The notes beneath the pieces were generated by a model. That model was not told where the DNA came from and ran no database searches. It saw only the letters and a list, made by a program, of their open reading frames with translations. This document shows, piece by piece, positions 59,476 to 64,000 of a stretch of 64,000 bases of DNA; position 1 is the first letter of the stretch; each line of letters opens with the position of its first letter. The position numbers and the translations under genes were made by a program. Origin of the DNA: Desulfobacterales bacterium (GTDB lineage: Bacteria > Desulfobacterota > Desulfobacteria > Desulfobacterales > UBA2174); the NCBI GenBank assembly GCA_963668645.2, contig CAXXWC010000001.1, positions 128,001 to 192,000 of the forward strand, in the 5' to 3' direction.

Positions 59476-62400
59476 ATGTTTTGCACACGCATCCCCAGCC
59501 GCTTGGGCCGGACCCTGAAAAGATGGCTCTGCATGCCGGTCTACGCCGGCCGCTGCCCGGGAAGGATCGCAGGACCGGGCTTGATCTTCTTTCCCGTTGA
59601 GATAAATCGCATCTGCTGCGGCCTGGCGGGAATCGTGGCCTTCAAGGCGGGAACGGCGGACTCTGGGGTGTTGGATCTGGCCTCCCTGGAACAGGCCGCC
59701 GCGCATGCCGGCGCCGCGCGCTTGGCCACCAGTGAGAATCCACTGCACAAGGGCCATCTCGGATACCTCGGTGCGGATGCCGGCATCGAGGCCCTGCGCC
59801 GCGCCATCAATGGGCTCAAGCGCAGCGGTGCGTTTTATCGCATTTTGACCGAACCCGCCGTCCGGTCACGCCTTGAAACACTCAGGGACCGCCTCGACCG
59901 TTGGGCCCGGGAAGAAGATCAGTCCCTGAGCCGCCTGGCCGGAACGATGGCGGCCGATGCGGTAGATGGTATCACCCAAAGCCTGGAGCAGCTCAAGGAC
60001 GCCGCCTGGAGCCTCGATCGGGAGATTCTGGCGGGAGTCGGGCAGATCTTGAGGCTGATTCCTGAAGACGCCGAATTGCCGGGTGCGGAAACCGCCGGCT
60101 TGTACCAGCATCTGAACACCGTGCTGAACAGCCTGGACCGGCTGGAGGTCCGCGGCCGGGATTCGGCCGGGATCTCGCTGCTTTTCGAGTTCGATACGGC
60201 GGTCTACCAGGACTTTTGCCGCACCCTAACAGCCGAACGGCTCGACGAGGTCCTGGAACGGCGCCATTGTCCGGATCTGCTGCTCAGCGGCGCCATCAGC
60301 CTCAACCCGCAAAGCGGTGCAACCGATGACGCCCGTGTCGCCTTGGCCCTCACCTACAAGGTGGCAGCCGAAATCGGCAGCCTGGGCGACAATGTGGCTG
60401 ACCTGCGCCGCCAGATCCATGACGATGCGCTCTTGCACCGCCTCATCGCCCTGCCCTGCCGCCACGTGTCCATTTCGGCCCATACCCGCTGGGCTTCGGT
60501 GGGCGCCATCACCGAAGCCAACTGCCATCCGATGGACAACGGCACCGCCGGCCGGCCCGCCGGCCCCGGCGGCATCGTGCACGCCTGCCTCAATGGCGAC
60601 ATCGACAACTACCTCGCACTGCGCCAGGACTACGAGAAACGCTACGGGTCGATCCCGCCGGCGATCTCCTCCGACACCAAGATCATTCCGCTCCAGATCA
60701 GCCACTACCTCAACCAGGGGCTGGCTCTCGAAGAGGCCTTTCGCCGGGCGGTTTGCGACTTCGAAGGCTCGCACGCCATCGCCATGCACAGCGACCTGGC
60801 CCCCGGCCGCCTCTTTCTGGCCCAGCGGGGCAGCGGTCAGGCCATCTTCGTGGGCCTGGCCCCGGAACTCTACCTGGCCACCTCCGAAGTCTACGGCCTG
60901 GTGGAAGTCACCGATCGTTACATCAAACTCAAGGGCGAAAACCAGGATCAGACAGGCGGCGGGACAAGCTCCTGCCAGGGCCAGATCTTCATCCTCTCGT
61001 CGGATACGACCGGTGGCCTGGCCGGAATCCGCGCCATGGACTACGAGGGACGGCCCATCCCCCTCACCGAAGCCGACATCAAAAAAACCCCCATCACCAC
61101 CCGCGACGTGGACCGCCAGGGGTTTGCCCATTACTTTCTCAAGGAAATCCACGAAGCGCCGGCCTCGGTGGCCCAGACCCTCCACAACCGCTGGAAGATC
61201 CATCCCCGGCGGCCCGACTGCTACACCGTGGCCCTCGACGCCCAGACCTTTCCGGCCGCCGTCAGCCATGCCCTGACCGAAAAGCGCATCCGGCGCATCT
61301 TCTTCGTCGGCCAGGGCACGGCCGGTATCGCGGCCCAGGCCTGCGCGGACATTCTCAAACATCATCTCGATGATCCGGCCCTGGCGGTGGCGGCCATGAA
61401 GGCCTCGGAACTGAGCGGTTTTCATCTCGGATCGGACCGGGAGCCGGAAAGTCTTTGCGACACGCTGATCGTCGCCATCAGCCAGAGCGGGACTACCACC
61501 GACACCAATCGGGCGGTGGACATGGCCCGCGCCCGGGGCGCCATGACCCTGGCCATCGTCAACCGCCGCGAATCGGACCTGACCTTCAAGGTCGACGGGG
61601 TTTTTTATACCTCCAGCGGACGGGATATCGAGATGTCCGTGGCTTCGACCAAGGCCTTCTACGCCCAGATCGTGGCCGGAAGCCTGCTGGCCTTGCAGAT
61701 CGCAGCCGTACTGGGGCGCAGGGACGAAGGTTATCTGACCCGTGAAATCAATCTGCTTTTAGGTCTCCCGGACAAGATGCACGCCATCCTGGGCATGCAG
61801 GCACAGTTCGCCGCATCCGCGCGGCGCCTGGCGGCGGCCAAGACCTACTGGGCCGTGGTGGGCAGCGGCCCGAACAAGGCCTCGGCCGACGAAATCCGCA
61901 TCAAACTGAGCGAGCTGTGCTACAAGACGATCTCCTCGGACTTCGTGGAGGATAAAAAACACATCGATCTTTCCAGCGAGCCGCTGATCATCGTCTGCGC
62001 CGCCGGCACCCGGCCCGGGGTGCTGGGAGATATCGTCAAGGACACGGCGATTTTCAACGCCCACAAGGCGACTCCGGTGGTCTTCTGCGACGAGAGCGAA
62101 TACCGCTTCGATCCTTACGCCGCCGATGTCTTCCGCCTCCCCTCGCTGCCGGAGCACCTGGCGCCCATCGCCAACACCCTGGCGGGCCATCTGTGGGGCT
62201 ACGGCGCGGCCCTGGCCATCAACGAGGGATCACACTTTTTGTACACGTTCAGCCAGGACGTGGCCCGCATCGTGGACCGCTGCAGCCGGCAGGGGATGGA
62301 TGTCTACGAAATCGTCCTGGAAAAAAACTTTCGCGAAAAGATCGCCGCCTTTTACCGGGAATTTCGCAGCCGGGGCAAAAAAGCGGTCCTGCCCCGGACC

Positions 62401-63213
62401 ATGGCCGGGGCCCCGGACCTGACCCTGCTGCTCAAATACCTGGCCGGCCGCCTGCCCGTGCCGGATTTTGAGATCGATTTCGAAGTCAAAGGCACGGCGC
62501 GCAACATGCTCGACGCCCTGTTCTCCCAACTGGCAGAGGCCATCAATCTCATGGCCCGCCCGGTGGACGCCATCAAACACCAGGCCAAGACGGTCACGGT
62601 GGGCACCAGCCGGCTCCCGGAGCGTGTGGACGGCCTGCTCTTCGAGGCCCTGGCGGCCCACCGGCTGGACGTCTCGCGCCTGACCAACCGCAACATCCTG
62701 GTAATCCGCAACATCCAGCCGATCATCGAACACATCGAGGGCGCGATCCTCTATCGCCTGCAGGATTTGAACCTTCTGGGTGAACCGACCGAATCCACCA
62801 CCATCGAGGTAGTCGCCAAACAGGGCATTCTCGCAAAAATTCCTTCCCGCGTGGAAACCGATTCGAGCCTCAAGGGGACCAAACGCATCATCGCCCGCGA
62901 GGGCAACGTCTACATCGGCAAGGGGCGCAAGGACGACCGGAACATCATCGTCATTCCGGTACTGAGCGGCTCTGTGGAAAACCCCCAGGCCATCGAACAC
63001 CTGCTGCTGCTCAACATCGCTTTTCGCGGCGAGGTGGCCCGTGAGGACAAAGCCAAGGCTCTGGGCGGCAAGCTGGAACGGCTCAAAAACATCGTGCAGG
63101 AGACCAGCATCTCGTGGCGGGACGAATTTCTCGACCGGGTACCCATCGAGGAGCTCTTCGGCCTCTCGGCGGAAAAGATCGCCGAAATGATCGCGGCCGG
63201 TGAGACGGGGTAA
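59476..63213 (+). CDS. Extended GlmS-like glutamine amidotransferase with two SIS domains (1245 aa)
   Basis: CGLAGI, LEVRGRDSAG, HTRWA, NCHP, NGDIDN, ISQSGTTTDT, VASTKAF, IKLSELCY and AKTVTVG, with a large helical insert and N- and C-terminal extensions. Confidence 0.85.
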   Translation: MFCTRIPSRLGRTLKRWLCMPVYAGRCPGRIAGPGLIFFPVEINRICCGLAGIVAFKAGTADSGVLDLASLEQAAAHAGAARLATSENPLHKGHLGYLGADAGIEALRRAINGLKRSGAFYRILTEPAVRSRLETLRDRLDRWAREEDQSLSRLAGTMAADAVDGITQSLEQLKDAAWSLDREILAGVGQILRLIPEDAELPGAETAGLYQHLNTVLNSLDRLEVRGRDSAGISLLFEFDTAVYQDFCRTLTAERLDEVLERRHCPDLLLSGAISLNPQSGATDDARVALALTYKVAAEIGSLGDNVADLRRQIHDDALLHRLIALPCRHVSISAHTRWASVGAITEANCHPMDNGTAGRPAGPGGIVHACLNGDIDNYLALRQDYEKRYGSIPPAISSDTKIIPLQISHYLNQGLALEEAFRRAVCDFEGSHAIAMHSDLAPGRLFLAQRGSGQAIFVGLAPELYLATSEVYGLVEVTDRYIKLKGENQDQTGGGTSSCQGQIFILSSDTTGGLAGIRAMDYEGRPIPLTEADIKKTPITTRDVDRQGFAHYFLKEIHEAPASVAQTLHNRWKIHPRRPDCYTVALDAQTFPAAVSHALTEKRIRRIFFVGQGTAGIAAQACADILKHHLDDPALAVAAMKASELSGFHLGSDREPESLCDTLIVAISQSGTTTDTNRAVDMARARGAMTLAIVNRRESDLTFKVDGVFYTSSGRDIEMSVASTKAFYAQIVAGSLLALQIAAVLGRRDEGYLTREINLLLGLPDKMHAILGMQAQFAASARRLAAAKTYWAVVGSGPNKASADEIRIKLSELCYKTISSDFVEDKKHIDLSSEPLIIVCAAGTRPGVLGDIVKDTAIFNAHKATPVVFCDESEYRFDPYAADVFRLPSLPEHLAPIANTLAGHLWGYGAALAINEGSHFLYTFSQDVARIVDRCSRQGMDVYEIVLEKNFREKIAAFYREFRSRGKKAVLPRTMAGAPDLTLLLKYLAGRLPVPDFEIDFEVKGTARNMLDALFSQLAEAINLMARPVDAIKHQAKTVTVGTSRLPERVDGLLFEALAAHRLDVSRLTNRNILVIRNIQPIIEHIEGAILYRLQDLNLLGEPTESTTIEVVAKQGILAKIPSRVETDSSLKGTKRIIAREGNVYIGKGRKDDRNIIVIPVLSGSVENPQAIEHLLLLNIAFRGEVAREDKAKALGGKLERLKNIVQETSISWRDEFLDRVPIEELFGLSAEKIAEMIAAGETG

Positions 63214-63262
63214 AAAGGGAGGCAACCCCGACTATCAACAATACACTTCCGGCACCCTCGAC

Positions 63263-64000
63263 CTAATAGGCACTCGAATCGGGACGCCAGCTTTTCCGGC
63301 CATAGGCGATCCCGAGTCTGTTCATGCGTTTGCGCAGCGTACTCGGGTTGATTCGCAAAATCTGTGCCGCCCCACCCGGTCCGTGAATCTTGCCCCCGGC
63401 TTTCTCCAAAGCCCGCCGGATATACCGGGCGTTCATCTCATCCAGCGACACGAAAGGTGCATCCGGGCCCTGATCCCGGCTTTGCCCCTGGGCCACCTTG
63501 TCCGGCGCCGCCATGGGAAGGAGCGCTTCGAACGAGAGCCGGTCCCCTGCACGGTGCTGTATGAGGGCCCGCTCGACGGTGTTTTCCAGTTCCCGCACGT
63601 TGCCCGGCCAGTGGTAGCCGATGAGCCTGTCGATAGCATCGGCGGCCAGTTTCGGTTGCTGGCCGAGCTTGAGTTCCATGGACTTGCGCTGGACGAAGTG
63701 ATGCACCAGGGATGCGATATCGCCTTTTCTCTGTCTCAGCGGCGGGATCATGATGGGAAACACATTGAGGCGGAACCAGAGGTCTTCCCGGAATTGCCCG
63801 GATACGACCATCTGTTGCAGATTCCTGTGCGTGGCCGATACAATCCGGATGTCCACCGGTATGGAGCGGGTTCCCCCGACGCGCTCGATCTCTTTTCTTT
63901 GCAGGACGTGCAGCAATCTCACCTGAGCCGGGGCCGGAAGCTCTCCGATTTCGTCAAGAAAGATGGTCCCTTTGTCGGCCCGCTCAAAACGCCCCCGCTT
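63263..64000 (-). CDS. sigma54-interacting transcriptional regulator (AAA+ and Fis HTH), 5' part outside the window
   Basis: GRFERADKGTIFLDEIGEL, SATHRNL, FREDLWFRLNV, WPGNVREL and GAAQILRINPSTL motifs. Confidence 0.93.
   Translation of the reverse strand, partial: KRGRFERADKGTIFLDEIGELPAPAQVRLLHVLQRKEIERVGGTRSIPVDIRIVSATHRNLQQMVVSGQFREDLWFRLNVFPIMIPPLRQRKGDIASLVHHFVQRKSMELKLGQQPKLAADAIDRLIGYHWPGNVRELENTVERALIQHRAGDRLSFEALLPMAAPDKVAQGQSRDQGPDAPFVSLDEMNARYIRRALEKAGGKIHGPGGAAQILRINPSTLRKRMNRLGIAYGRKSWRPDSSAY

Overview
A GC-rich bacterial chromosomal segment. The gene repertoire is most consistent with an anaerobic Desulfobacterota/deltaproteobacterium (inference, no search run). Family calls come from motifs read in the translations and compared with remembered consensus sequences, not from database hits. 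Layout: (i) 1-4.0 kb, an iorA-iorB-paaK-like operon on the minus strand, preceded by an unannotated four-Trp leader peptide (MDCMEGRCWWWWA) and an intrinsic terminator, i.e. a classical tryptophan attenuator on genes usually considered catabolic. (ii) 4.1-22.4 kb, an accessory molybdenum-hydroxylase island: an uncharacterised membrane protein, split UxaA-family dehydratase, ETF, S/L/M xanthine-oxidase-family enzyme, PocR-domain kinase plus NarL-type regulator, PadR, MocA, MoeA-like, XdhC and SufS/SufU. Its three promoters share the same tandem 7-4-7 palindrome architecture. (iii) 22.5-25.6 kb, a decayed defence patch: a MAD3/MAD4-like ATPase pair, an SNF2 helicase relic, an HNH nuclease and a MITE-like hairpin. 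(iv) 25.6-64 kb, mostly core genes (cls, glgP, ftsK, rnj, plsC, ferredoxin, tmk, surE, lptD, NusG paralog, IHF, holB, ricT, metG, kdnA/kdnB). Oddities there are a cysteine synthase fused to a CysRS domain lacking KMSKS, a 1245-aa GlmS-like protein with a blocked N-terminal Cys, a membrane-anchored PHP-like protein and a frameshifted PBP. No tRNA, rRNA, CRISPR array or transposase was seen.
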